Below, in pieces: positions 28,712 to 42,864 of a stretch of DNA of 64,000 nt. Made by a program: the position numbers and the translations under genes. Numbering within the stretch: position 1 is the first letter of the stretch; each line of letters opens with the position of its first letter. The notes under the pieces were generated by a model. The model made no database searches, had not been told where the DNA came from, and worked only from the letters and a program-made list of their open reading frames with translations. The stretch lies in contig OZ176054.1 in the NCBI GenBank assembly GCA_964247055.1, positions 11,470,001 to 11,534,000 of the forward strand, in the 5' to 3' direction. The DNA comes from Paragordius varius (Eukaryota; Animalia; Nematomorpha).

Positions 28712-30544
28712 ATAATAAATAAATTATATATTTTAGTGTGTAGGCACCAATACGCAATCTATCTAATTTCGGTATAATAGTGATCTAGCTAAGAAAATGG
28801 GGGTCATGATGTACATAGGAAAAAAAATTAAAACCGATTAGAAGAAGTCAGTTATTTTAATCAATTTTTCGATAAATTATTTTTAAATCAAATTGGTTTA
28901 ATTTTTGTAAAATCAACAATATTAAGAAACATAAATATCAATGTTAATATTTTAAGTCAATATGTCTGAACCAAAATATCATTTCTGTGTAAAAATTTCA
29001 CTGATTCCTTATTTTCTAAATTGGGGGAGTTCGCAGGTTGCATTAAAAAATATAACAAATAAAGATCAATAAATATTTTAACATATATCAAACATGTGAC
29101 AAAATTTACAATATATCTACTGATTATTTATTTGTTATTTCGAGGGAAAACTTTGAATACATTAAGATTTGCATATTAAATCATTAAGGTAAGTTTGTCT
29201 TAAATGAAATTGATACATACACGTTTTTCGTATATAAAAATTTTGAACGGAGGATTTTAAAAGGACTTATAGTAATTTACAAAATCAGTATATAAGGATT
29301 ATATGTGGTTTATATAGAATATTTACAAAATTAAAATACCCATTGACGAACAATTAATTGTCTTATAGATATAACGAAAAATTAATATTAGAAAATTATA
29401 TTTATAGTTTATATATATATATAAATTTTATAATATCACTAAGATAATTCTTAAAATTATGATGCATTTATTTTGTTTTTTTTAAAATTATTGGAGGGCC
29501 AATTTTTTGAAGGGCAGAGTGTTGGACATTCCGTATATTATTTCTTGGATGCAACACATTCATTTCAGTTCTTGGATTCGGGATTGGATACCCCAGATAG
29601 GTTTAAAATTAATATTACAATATGGTAAATGAAAATAATGGTAATTTGATATAACATTAATAAATCGAAATATTAAAAAAAAATTCATTCACAAATAATA
29701 TTACTTATTCAGAGAAACCCAATGACATGTTTAGCTAAATATAATAATGCGAACGTTTATATTAATCTTAAATATTATTTTATAAAAAGATAAAGTTAAT
29801 TGCCTTAGAATCAAAGAAACACAATATTTTACAAAATGTAAAATATATGGCGTCGAAGGAGTTGGACACGCAACTTTCTTTTCAAACTTAAGATATTTTG
29901 GCTTATATATATAATTTTTATTAGAATAAAAACTAAATATGGACCGTTTTTAGTAGTTTTAAAGATACTTAAACTAAAAATTGTCTGAGGTATTTATCCA
30001 ATTTGAATTTAAGTGTTAATAACACCTAATTAACCTGTCAACTAGATGGACGCAGGATATTTTTGAGTCTCTAGCTGATAAGGTTCGCTTAAGAGGTTTA
30101 GAAATGGGTGACTAAACTATGGGGATAATATTAAAATTAATAATCTAATATTAATTCTATCCTGCAACACAACAAAAAACACATCTGAGTTTTGGGGTTA
30201 TCTATTTTATTCTGAATGTTCCACTATAACCTTCGGTTTTATAAGCTATTATCAAAATAGTATCAAAAATATGTAATAATTTTTAGTATCTTCAGACGGC
30301 TACCAAATTGAATTTTTTAAACTTATTATCCAAATGAATCTAGTCCATATTTACGGCTAAATTAAACAAAGAGACACTATAGAATCATATTTATAAGTCA
30401 TTTATTATAATTAAAAAAACATATATTAATCCAATGCCTATATTTATATAATAATACAATATATTAAATTTTTTCTGCATATATAACAATCGTTTCCATT
30501 TTAACATACTGTTTTGTTATTGTCACAGATTCATATTTTCCAAC

Positions 30545-33500
30545 ATGGCTAGGTTCCTAAATTCTATGATTGTGCCGGCAAGTCAACATACTCTATTTAT
30601 GAGAGGGTTTTCTGGAACAATGGATAAAGAAGATATAAGGTCGTTTTTTTGTTTATTTTTAGGGATTTTTTTACGAAAGAAGGTGGAAAATGCTCATTTG
30701 ATTTTATTAAGCTCTCCGATGACAGACGATTTTTGTTTGTAGCGTTACGGTTTGAAAGTAAAGATGTTGCCAAAGAAATGTTAGCTAGGTAAATCTTATA
30801 AATTTTATTTTAGATATAATGAAACGGAAATTTTGGGTTGTCATGTATCGATAACTTGGTACAAAGATCTTAGAAAAGCGCGTCAAAAAGGTACAATATA
30901 TTTACTGCTGAATATGCCTCTTTTAAATTTGCACCTTACTTATGAGTTATCGTGAATGTGGTACATAAAACCATGATATATGATCTCAAATCTTAAAAAA
31001 TATGATGAAAATATGTATATGTGATTGATGTGAATTTACACGAACTATAATGTATGATACTGAAGTCATGTTAGTTTGTCTAACCAAAAAATTCGTTTGG
31101 AATCATAAAATCTTCTGAATCTTATGATGCACATATAATATTTGTGCGGCAAATTAATAAAATTTTAAATTATTTGATAACTCCTACATTGGTAATTAAT
31201 CTAATACTATAGAGTGTATTATCGACATTATTTTATAAAAAGTGAAATTTTTTGTCTATTTATTTAATTTTTAATGTATTTTTTATTAGCTTTTGATGCC
31301 ATGAAGGATAAACGTGAATCACGGTATGATAAAAGACAGTCACCGTCCCGAAAACGGTCCACATCATCCAAGTATTTAATATATCTATATACTGGAACAA
31401 TTTTTTTACAGCCGTTTTGAAACCAAAATTTTCGACAAAAACACAGTTCCATATACGATTGATAAAAAATAAAATAGATAGCTACAAGTTCCTTTTATTT
31501 TTATATTAAGGGCCCAAAAAAGTTTTGAATTAAACCAACCTCTTTATGTATTTTAAAAGTGCATCTAAAACGTTTTCTGTAATTTTTTCCTATAACCTAC
31601 TTTTTTAGTGATGATAAACAACGAAGCCCTTCATCCTTTGATGAGAGAAATAATGACGACTCTCAAGATAACGATGAGGGAATGGATAAAAAAAGAGCAG
31701 ACGAACCGGAAGAAGAGGAAGAAGGAAGCGAAGAAGGTGAAATCCGCAACAAAGAGGACGATGAACCCCGATCAGCTGTTGACGGTCGCCATGGCAACAA
31801 TACCGATGATGATGGTCGCTTTGGTAACAACGTAGATGATAAAAAACGACACAGAAAAGCGCCGTCTCGACGTTTTTATAACACACGCTCTTCTGCGGCT
31901 AAACGGGCAGCTGCTCGAAAAAGTAGCAGTCGATCAGCGAGTCCTCCTACATCTCCTGCTCCCCGAAGCAAAAAAGACACGACGGCCACTGTCAATGGAT
32001 ACACTAGTGGTAAGTAGAGTTAGATAATAAGTCTAATTTTTTTGTTTCCATTTTGTCAAGACTATCATTAAGCAAAACTTTTTAAAACATATCCAAGTTG
32101 TGTGGTAAAAAATTACAAATTACATTTTGATTTTTATGCACATAAAATAATACTTCTCTTTATAAAAACCTATTTAAACCTCTTTACAAATATTTTTTTA
32201 TTAGGTTTCGAGATGACATTTTAAGCATATTATAAAAGTGACATTAATTGAACAATTTCATTTTTGAAACATGGAATAATGCCCCCCTTTAGTACTTTTG
32301 TGATAAATGTTTAGGCATTTATATTTTATAGTTGTAAAATTACCTTATATTTAAGATCATAACAAAGATGAAACTGGGAGTTACGCATCCTCACATGGTC
32401 CTACTAGTCCAGAACGAAAACGGTCAATGTCACCCAATTATTCATCTACAAGACGAAGAAATGTTTATAATTATCGAGGTGGAAGTAGAGGTACTGTAAA
32501 AAATAATTTTTTAGTTTTTCTGTTTTTATTAAAAATTACACTTTTTACTATAATATAGGTCGTCGCGGAACTAATCGAGGCTTCAGAGGCGGTTATAACT
32601 ATTCGCAATACTCTAGACACGGAAGAAGGTAATGATAACTTTAAAATTGTCGACTGATTTTTGCATTTTAGACACTTTATTTTTTAAAAGATTGAATATA
32701 AGCATAAACAGCAAGATTTATTAAGATTATCACGAAAAAACCCAAATGAATAAAAATGATTACCACATGGTTAAAAAAATATGGAATCAATACACCATAT
32801 ACCACCTTTGATGAATCCTTACTGTGTGACCTACACATATTTTTTAACCATGTACTAATCATTTTCATTTGGATCATTTGTTTTTTAGTGATAATCATTT
32901 ATTAATTTTGTTGTAAATAATGCTTTACCTATGAATGTGCCACTTGTAGGCGTTTTTTTTATAAATAATAGCGAAATCTTTTATTAACATTTAATCTTAA
33001 AATAAGTTTTAAAGTTGTTTTTTTCTTATATGCAACCTAATCCCCGAATTATTTATACAAATGTAAAAGCTGGTGAGATAATTTATCCAAATTGGATTTA
33101 AAATAAACCACATTTTTGACCTGCAATAAAAAATCATTTTAATAAATTTTTTTGCATATATCATATTTTTATGCACAGAGGCGCCCCAAAAACACCATCG
33201 CTTAGCCCCCCACCCCTGGATGATGAGGCCGAAAATACCACATCAGCTCAAAATAAAGGAGTAGAAACAAATGACATGTCTGCGAGAACCGAATCAAAAT
33301 CTAAATCGAATTCGTTCAACACAAGTCATAACGCTAATATTTCTAATTCAAACACCAATGCCAATACCAACAATAATCGTGATATCGAATCACCCCTCGA
33401 TGAATATGAAGAAGATGAAGAGGATTTACAAAAACTCGGCTTGCTTAAAAACATTAATGCCGCGAATTATAAGGCAAACGCTAAAGAATCTGCCAATCAA

Positions 33501-36500
33501 GCTTCACTCCATCACGATGAACCACCTCCTCCCCCTCCTCACAAAGAAGATATTAATGGTCCAATGGAAAAAAGTACAACTAGTGGGATACGGTATCACA
33601 TAAAGGGCCTGGCGACGAACAATAAGAGCAGTAGCACAACGGTAAAACTTTAATATTTTTTAATCAATATAGACCAACAAAAGTGATAAATGTTTTTTTT
33701 AAAAAGAACCCTTATTTTTTTGAGATCGATTTATTTTGCCGTTCTTTCTGATATATAAAAAGTTTATTAAACTTTTTTAATGATTATTGTTATAAAAAGT
33801 AAAATATATATATTTTCCATGATATAACCATACCTTGATTTTTTGTTAATATAAACTATTTCTTATATCGGTTGCGATGAAATAAGGAATAGTTAAATTC
33901 GTACAACATACCACATATAGGAATTACAAAAAATGACAAAAATAGGAGTTGTTATAGGAAAAAAATATTTGTCATTTACTTTTTATTATAGTTTTGACTT
34001 TAAAATTGTAATTTTTACTGAACCAATCAAGATTAATCAGAATCACAAGTACCGTGCTGAAGGGGAGGGATGGAATATTTCCATTTCACCATCTAACAGA
34101 AAATCAGCATCTCCTGGATCTCACCACCCTGCTCATAATGAAGCCGGTGGTGCCGAAAATGATGGAGCGTCTGATGCAGAATGTAGTAAATCTTATAAAT
34201 ATATATATAATTTGGAATTTAAAGAAGAAATTTCGAAATACATTTTTTCTGTGTTGATGAATTGTGGTAATGGTATAAATAATGTCGATAATTAAAATAT
34301 TACAATTTTTTTGGAGAGGTTTTTAATTTTGGAAAAAATTACTGTTTAAGTCCCTTAATCAATATATAATATATTACAGAGGGAAAAAATGGTAAAATAG
34401 GTAAATTAAATAATTTAGGTCTATTGCAAATTTCATCCCAGAAACATCGTTGGCTGTTTTATATGTTTAGAATAAAAATGTTTAATGGCTAAATTAATTA
34501 AGAGCGAATTTGAACTGCATAAGGATTAATTTAAAGTTAGCAAGTGGCTATGTAATATGAAGCGTTTAAAGTTTAATTGCAAGTGTAGAGAATTAATAAG
34601 TTTCAAATAAATTATAAATGATCAAGGTTGAACTTGGTGCTTAAGGGTTTATTAATCAAAGATATATGTTCAAGTTAGTTTTAAAAAGGTCAAGGGTTGA
34701 TTTTTTAGCGGACATGCATTCTTCTCTTACCGCTTCGAGCGTGTTGAATTGTTTAAGGGTAAATATTGAAATTTTATGGTTAAAGTTATACGAAAAAATT
34801 TGAAGTGCATAAGAAAAGAGTTTTTTTATTTATAAATGCTGTATATTTTTAAAACCTCAATCAGTTTTTATCATATATAAATCGCTTATTGTAAACCCTT
34901 TGATTTTTTTATCCTAGATCGAGATGAATCACGATATAAACATGGAGGATCAGGGAGCCATAAACAACGCAATCATTCTCCGGTATGTTTTTTTTATTCC
35001 CTTTTTAAAACAATAATATATATATATATATAATAACCTATTGTTTTGGCCTACGAAATGAGTAAGGGCCATGCATTTTGATAGATTATACATTTAATAA
35101 TGATAAATGTTTTATAAATAGTAAAAGTATGGCTGTTTTTATGTAATTTATAATTTTTTTAATTTGAAGTCCCGTGGAAGTTATCCTCATTATAAGGGCA
35201 ATCGGGATCGATATGCAAGTATGAATGGTACGGCTGGACATCATAATAAATATCGCTCATATAATCAAAGGTAATATATTTTTTATAAGTTCTTCACTTA
35301 TTATTGTTAACAAAAGATTACTTTATTTTAAAATAAGGCACACCGGAATTAAAAGATTTTTTGCAGAGCCGTTTGAGAATACATTTTTTTCAACTTAAAA
35401 CCGTTAATTTCAAATGTGTTTATCTAGGTTTAAAATTATACAATTTCACTATAATGTCATAACTAGGTTTTTTTAAATTTTATAATAAAAGGTTTTTAGT
35501 TTAGTTTTTAGAAAGGACGCTTACAATATATTTTAGTGTATTATGTTTTTGCGGCCATATATTAATATTCTTTTATAATGGGGATGTAAATTTAAAATAA
35601 CTGAAATATAAGGAGTATTTGACTACAAACAATGGAGAATAAAAACTAAAAACTTTTTTTTCCAAAAAATACTATAATTATATTTTTTGCTAATTCATAA
35701 TATATATTTATATCCTTAATATAGAAAAAGTGGAGAATACAGACAAAATAATACCTCCTCAAATAAATATGGTGTTGAAGACGAAGGCGGTAGAAAAAGT
35801 ACAATGAGTGGCGTTCCTCATAAATTTGCTAATCGGGGAGGAGCTGGAAAAGGGAGACGTAATATTATATTTTGCTTTTTTGGATATTTTTTATCATTAT
35901 GCGTGAATTTTTAAAATGGTTCTTCTAGTTTTAAATTATTATCGTGTTTTTTATAAAGTTGTAGCATATCTTTACACACACACTCACCGATGCGTGGCAC
36001 AATGAACAAAAAAAATTATATTGATTAATAATGATTATTGGAAAAAACATAATATTAATTGAAATTAAATTAAAAGATTTATTATTTCTTAAATAATTTG
36101 TAAATGTTAAGCCGTATATTTTTTCAATAGAGGGGGTCATTATTGGCCAAGGTGTCAACTGTTTTCATATTTATCTTTTTTTCAGAAATAATTTTTTTAC
36201 TCAATATTCATTAATTTTTTGGGGGGACGTAAATATGTTAGGTTATCCTACCAAAGAATATTCAGATAGATCAAGGTCCGGTTCAGAAACTCGTTTATAT
36301 CATCACCAAAGTAAACGCCATCACGCATCCTCTGATAAAATGGGTAATATGGCTGGTGAAACCTATTCTAGAAGCCAAAGTCGTACACCCTCTTCGCCTC
36401 GGTTTTTACATTTATTTATATTTTTTTAGAAGATAAAATTGATATAAAGACAAAAAATTGTTTAAAGAAATTTTTTAAGTTTAAGTTGGAATATAATTGC

Positions 36501-39500
36501 ATTTTTTAATTAATACTCAAATGTATAAATTTAATTATTATAAAATTTTTAAACTCAACAAGGTATGATCTCCTTTAAAATCCCTATAATCTTTATATTC
36601 ACATGACACTTTTAATATTTTTTGTTTTTATCAAACATTTAATTAATTATAAATTAGTGGGCCTCCTGATCCAGAAAGTCTTAAACTTGGATCCATTTTC
36701 AAAAAGCAAAAAACTTTGGAGGAATTGGCAAAACATAAACAACTCCAATCTCAACAACTGATGATGATGGATGCTGCTGCTAAACAAAGTAAATAAATTT
36801 ATATTTTAAAAGATTTTTTTGTTTAAAAATTCTACATTGATGCAATTATTTGAAAATAACTGGATTTTTTGAAAATAGTTTGATTCATAAACATATATAA
36901 AACTTGTTATTATAAAATTCTTAAGTATTGTGGTCTTACAAGCATTAATAATTTGAACTAAATTTTAATCAATTTATCTTATTATTTGAAATTGGATTTA
37001 TGTAGGTTAAACTATTTAATATTCCGTCTTTGAACAATTACGGTGAGATAGGGTTAATCAAAAATATCAAATTTATAATTTGTTTATAATAGACTATTTT
37101 GCCGTCAGAGTAATCGTATTTATTTTTTTTATCACTAGGTGGTGATCATCAATTTGCCAATAATCCCGAATCTGAAAGTTTTCTTAAATCAGCCATGGAT
37201 ACAGCAAACACCGCTTCTGTCAAACGTTTCCAAATGTTAACTAATCCCTCTTTAGCAAGTATATATATTATAGTTATGAATGAGTTACATAAAACAGCGT
37301 TTTTTTAGATGTGTTTTAAAAGAGTACTACTAAAATTTTAGCGTAAAACAGTTAAGTTGAACGTTTTTTTATAAGACATATATTGCTTATGATACCACAT
37401 CATTGACCGACTCTTTTTTTGAGAAATTAAATTTAAATTTTTTAACCGTCATATTTAAAAAATGATTGGAAATACGGTAGCCGAAAACGTGTACATATTT
37501 TGTCCGATATAACTACAAAACTGCCAACAAAGTCTTATAGCCACCTCCCCGCGGTGTCGGATGGGGCATGTAAATGCGCTAACGGCAAAGGCGGTTTCTA
37601 ATGATATGTAAAATCATTATTTGTACACAAGGGCATGTGTACTACGTAAAAAAATCGCCTCAGATAACCACGAAGTATAAATATTATGAATATGAATTAC
37701 TTCATGGTAAGAATTCCGAATTCGGAGTCCTACCCTTTATGAGATAACTACGAAACTGTGACTTTTTTTAGAAAAAAATTATAATATCATGAGACAGTTT
37801 TAGCGCCCTTTATTTATTAAGCTCATTCATTATAAGAGCGCTTTTCTGTATTTTAAAAGTGGTGTTTTCATTTTATTATGTTTTAATTCTAAAGAAGAAA
37901 GCAATTATTACGGCAATGATACCGCAATAAATATTAACAAGAGTATGGAATCGAATAATAAGTCTGGACAAAGCGGTGCTTCTCAATCCTCGCAACAATC
38001 CAAAATAAATATTAACTTTAAAAATTTCCAAAGCAATTACTCCGCACCCGATGATATAAATATGAATACGATGGAAACTCAAAACTTTAATAATTTTAAT
38101 GCTTCTTCCAATATCCAATTATCGGCTCATGATGCTGAAATGTTGGTAGCTTCAACAACCACAAATTATAAAAATCAAAGCAATATTAATGCACCCACTG
38201 CTTTGTTGGATGATTTTGATGGTTTCATTTTTTTATTTTTTGGTTGGCCTTTTTAAACATTAAATATTTGGTAAAATTATGAAGATAAAACATTATAAAA
38301 AGTAAAAGATAAATAGTCCTTTTTTAAGGGAAATAATTATATGTTTATAAACCTTGTTAATACCGCCTATCGTTTTGGGGGGAATGGAGATATAAGTAAA
38401 ATAAAAAATATGGGTGTTTTTTTAAAAAATATTAGTTTTTTATTTTTCGATGCATAATTGTTCTTAGTTATAAACTTTCGACATATTAACATTAAACATA
38501 AAAAATTTTTTTTTCATTATTATTATATGTTCTATATTCAATATTAATATTATTTAGGAGATGATGATTGGCGGACCATGGCAGGAAAATTTTCAGGGAA
38601 TATGAACAAATCAGGAGGAACCACTGTAAGTACGGCCGATAAGCTTAACCAAGAATTGGAAGCTAGGTATTTTTTATAATCTATTCCCCAATATTTGCCT
38701 AGACTTAAATTTAAGGATTCAAATTCACAGCCATCTTAAACACACCTGTTTGTATCAAATTGACGCATTAGGAAATCTTATTATTAATGCAGTTCATGAC
38801 CGCATTATATCCAATCATTTAAAAAGCTTAAGTACAATGTATTTAAAAATAGGACTTAATCCGTTAGCCTATTGAATTTATACATATTTAATGGATTATG
38901 TAATTGACTGGTAAAATTTTATAATCGGCCGAACCAATTTTTATTATTTAATCGGTTTATAATCCTTATTTAAACAATATACATAGGCTTAAAGAAGTCT
39001 CTGGAAATGACACAAATGTTGCCAATCAAAATAAACGCAAACGCGTAGAATCTGCTGAGTTTGATTCGAATGATTTGATGGATAATCAAAATACTAACCT
39101 ATCCTCTAAAAATATCTCATCGGGTTCAGGAGGGGCTTATAAATTCAAAACACAAGCTGTGGTCGATACATTTAAACATTATTTAGAACAAGTTATTATT
39201 ATTGCGTTATAAAATTTGTAAAACCTTTACTCATACTCAATATACGTAATTTTATATGGTTTAGGCTTACAGAGAGGATTGCAATACATTGTATGGAGTT
39301 TCCAAGGTTCTCATGTAAGTATTTGGCCATTTTAACATCAGTTTTTGCTTAATCATTAATTAATTAATATCATTTAAAATTAATTATTTTGTGAACGGTT
39401 TTAAAAATTATAGATGTGATGATAATTTGCGCGCCTCCATACTCAAAAGCGCTGACGATAATGTTAAACAATTGGCTTCTAAAGCGTTGAATGATCTTGC

Positions 39501-39543
39501 CGACATTTTTAAACGTGTCAAAACTCAGACAATGGAGACTTGA
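30545..39543 (+). CDS. 1043-aa protein: N-terminal RRM, long RS/RG/acidic low-complexity region, C-terminal Periphilin-like helical domain (20 exons)
   Basis: Phase-consistent GT-AG model totalling 3132 nt: 30545-30639, 30663-30788, 30814-30890, 31290-31371, 31609-32009, 32356-32490, 32559-32628, 33179-33641, 34032-34182, 34918-34982, 35170-35270, 35725-35858, 36242-36401, 36658-36788, 37139-37258, 37895-38221, 38558-38666, 38987-39191, 39265-39314, 39414-39543. RRM HTLFMRGF..FVALRFES. C-terminus LEQAYREDCNTLYGVSKVLI resembles PPHLN1 IEQVYRQDCETFGMVVKMLI. Confidence 0.8.
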
Positions 39544-42183
39544 ATAGAAGAATATACCCATCTATCTTTATTTAAAAATAAACACTTTAATCTGTTTTCT
39601 ATTTCGTTCATGTATATAATTATAAATGTTTATTATACTTTATATTGCATATTGTATAAATGGTCCATTACCTGTTATTATTATGGTAAATTATATAAAT
39701 ATGTATTTGTTTTTTTTCAATATGAAGTTAACATAAATTTGCGTAATAAAATGAGAATTTGTGAAGTTTCATTAGTTCCAAATTGAGCCGATGGCGTGCA
39801 ACGGCTAAATTTGGCCGGATGGTTAATATTAAACCAATGGTCTAAGCGTTTAATTAATCGGCAAGCCGATTCCAATTTTTATAACTGATTTAATTTAAAT
39901 CAAAGAATTCGTCAATCGGATGTGTTGCTCTATTACCATAAAAATAAAAAATTCCTCTGAAGGGTAACCACCTTTAAAAACAAAGTTTCCTCTGAATACA
40001 TTAACGTTAGCTTGCAATTGTTCGACGATCCCACTACCTGGATTTAAGAAAAATATTAGTATTTTCTTATGGGTTGCTTAGGCTTTACGAGTGATAAAAG
40101 AAAGTTATTACAACTTTTGTGGTAATTACTTCTAAATGCCGAGCGCATATTTTTCTAAATTATTTATTTGCTAAAGCTAAATGCTAAAAACAAAAAATAT
40201 CACTAATAAATCAAAAAATATATAAAGCAAAACAATATATTCATATAATTTCAGTTGTGGGCTCCGAAAATCAAGTTTTTGGACCCGTCTGAATTTGGTA
40301 ATTTTCTCAAACTAAAAGCAAAGATGCCGATATGTACGATAAAATTTTTAAATATATTCAAATTTTGACATCAAAATTAGTTTTTTTTCAAAAAATTGGT
40401 TTTTAAAAAATAACATTTATAGCAAAATTTTGGTGAAATGAGTTTAACACATTTTAAAGCATGATGGAAACTGTAAAACACTCTAGATATTATAGAAACA
40501 CTTCTCTACATCATTCGATTATGCTGAACATTATAAATCTTCACAGATATTGAACAAAATACTTGTTCGCCGATAAATTCAATTATACAACATTTATAAA
40601 TTAAAAATTTGTGGTGTCATAGAAAACAGTATTTTATTAATATATTAATACTTTGATATAAATTGGGATAATTAACGACTCTAAATCATATTTATTTGAT
40701 ATTGTTAAACAAATTGAAAATAACGGTTCCCACTGATATTTTGCTATATAAAAAATATTTAAATAGGCCAAAACACATAAATAAAATTAGGTTTTGTCAA
40801 AAAATCTCAACTTGAAATTTCGACGTCATTTTTATTTTATATTTTTGGAAAATCTCGTGTTTTTTTATTTTAAGAAACTTTTTTTCATTTAATTAATTTA
40901 ATCAGAAAAAGTGGTTTATGCATTATTTTACTATACACACTGTCTTATTGGCTATTACCTTCCGGGTAATCCATAAAAGTAAATACCAAGTATTTTTAAA
41001 TGTACCTTTTCTTATTTTTAGGTAAACCAATATTATATAAGTACAAAATTTTGCAGTCCTTATCATTTTATTTCATGTTTTTGAATGTTTGATTTTAAAC
41101 AGGCCCTTGCTGTCACCAACGACCCCTATTTGAATCAATAGACTGAAATGAATGATCCAAGCATTATGGTTATTTACCGTTTCCACCATATTTCAATATA
41201 CCATAAAAGTTCATCAAAATTTTGTTAAAAATTTAATTTTAAAGCAAACATCCATTATTTCGGAAATTGTCAAAACTTAGCACATATTATTTATTATTAT
41301 GCATTATCAGAATTTTCGATTATAGTTCAAGAAAACTTTCCCATTTTAACGTATTAAAGATATCAGACTTCAAAATATACTAAAATTAAAAATTTTGTAA
41401 AAAATTTGTTTAAATTTTTATATATAGTTTATGGTATATTTTAGTGATATTTTTTGGGAATGAAGCATTAAGCCTTTACCTAAAAATATTATTTAACAAA
41501 TATGAGTAAATTTTGTCATTTTCCGATATTGAGCAGTTTCCACAAAATAAGGCCAAAACCAAAAGTACCATGATAATCCTGATTATTGAAATATTATTTC
41601 ACCAGGATATTTTTATTCTTAGATTTTATGCGAGGTGCCTATCAAAGAAGCGATTGCCTCGATGTTCATTGCATGTATAGAGATTGCGTTAGGCGCTAAA
41701 ACATATTATCTTTTTTACAATTATAATGTCTTAAAGGTATAAAAAATTGGAAATATGTTTATCACAAAAGGAACAAAAATAAAATAATATGTTACAAAAA
41801 CTTATTAATGGTTAAAGAGCTCAGGCCATAGAATGCAAATTTATAAAATTTAAAAGCAAAAATTTGATTTATTTCATATAATCATGGATAATTGGGGTAA
41901 TTTATTTCAAAAGATAATAACGCAATTTTTTATTGTAACCAAAAAAATTATAAGGTTAACACGTTCAATTTAATTTTTAATCGATTCACACAACGAGTAA
42001 GTATTAATTATTTATATTGACTATGCTAATAGCTTACCTATCACAAACTTACTATGTTACAACATCAATTAAATTTTCTGCGTAGACTAATTTACGACAA
42101 AATTGAAATATACATATTAAACGTAAAACTAAACAAGACAAATATTAAAATGATATTGTATTGGTAAATGACGGATTGATTAT

Positions 42184-42566
42184 GTTTTATAATAACAGTT
42201 GTTAAATCCGTAAGATAATGATAAACGAAAATTAAATAGAAAATTAATTGAAAGATATATTTAACAGAGATTATAAACGATATGTGAAACACTTTCGTCA
42301 ATAGCAATCGCAGACTAGTTTCGTGCTTGTTAGCACTCATCAGTACGACACAAATAATTGACTTGGGGTTTTCACATATCGATTTCATATATATATCCAA
42401 CTTTGCAATTATGGTTTAAATGCAGTCGGTTATACGAATTTAAATTAAATTTAATTGACATTTATAAAAATTAAACAGAAAATTTGAAAATAAACTGAAA
42501 ATTAACACTAGGTTACCTTAGATTTAGAGCTACTTACTGCATTTAAACCATAATTGCAAAGTTGGA

Positions 42567-42605
<39 letters not shown>

Positions 42606-42808
42606 GAAATCGATATGTAAAAACTCCAAGTCAAATAGTTGTGTCGTACTGATGAGTGCTAACAAGCACGAAACTAGTCTGCGATTACTATTGACCAAAG
42701 GGTTTCACATATCGGTTATAATTTCTGTTAAATATAATTTTCAATTAATTTTCTATTTAATTTTTTATCATTATCTTACGGGTTAACTGTTATTACAAAA
42801 AAACATAC
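42184..42808. repeat. Inverted repeat with ~240-bp arms and a ~110-bp spacer
   Basis: 42184-42426 is the reverse complement of 42536-42808 (shared CGTACTGATGAGTGCTAACAAGCACGAAACTAGTCTGCG). The right arm carries an expanded (TA)n. Confidence 0.85.
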
Positions 42809-42864
42809 TTTTTTGACCTTAGTATTTACTGCATAAACAAAATAATATATACAGTCATGTATAT

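Larger units (their letters stand above)
18352..29420 (+). repeat. Tandem segmental duplication with a ~6.9-kb unit (segments A-B-7TM gene-P)
   Basis: 18470-20690 matches 24860-27340, 20690-22480 matches 27545-29420, and the gene ATGs are 6862 bp apart (20763, 27625). A third, disrupted unit is 3715-7526 plus P fragments at 11220-11290 and 13979-14300. Confidence 0.85.

Noticed and set aside
31605-32027. Alternative-frame ORFs (75, 63 and 93 aa) as separate genes
   Set aside because: They overlap exon 5 of the RRM gene, whose frame is fixed by splice phases on both sides.
40461-40530. C/D box snoRNA candidate (ATGATGG ... CTGA)
   Set aside because: The C box is imperfect, there is no clear terminal stem, and I recognise no rRNA guide sequence. 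Such motifs arise often by chance; a snoscan or Infernal hit would revive it.
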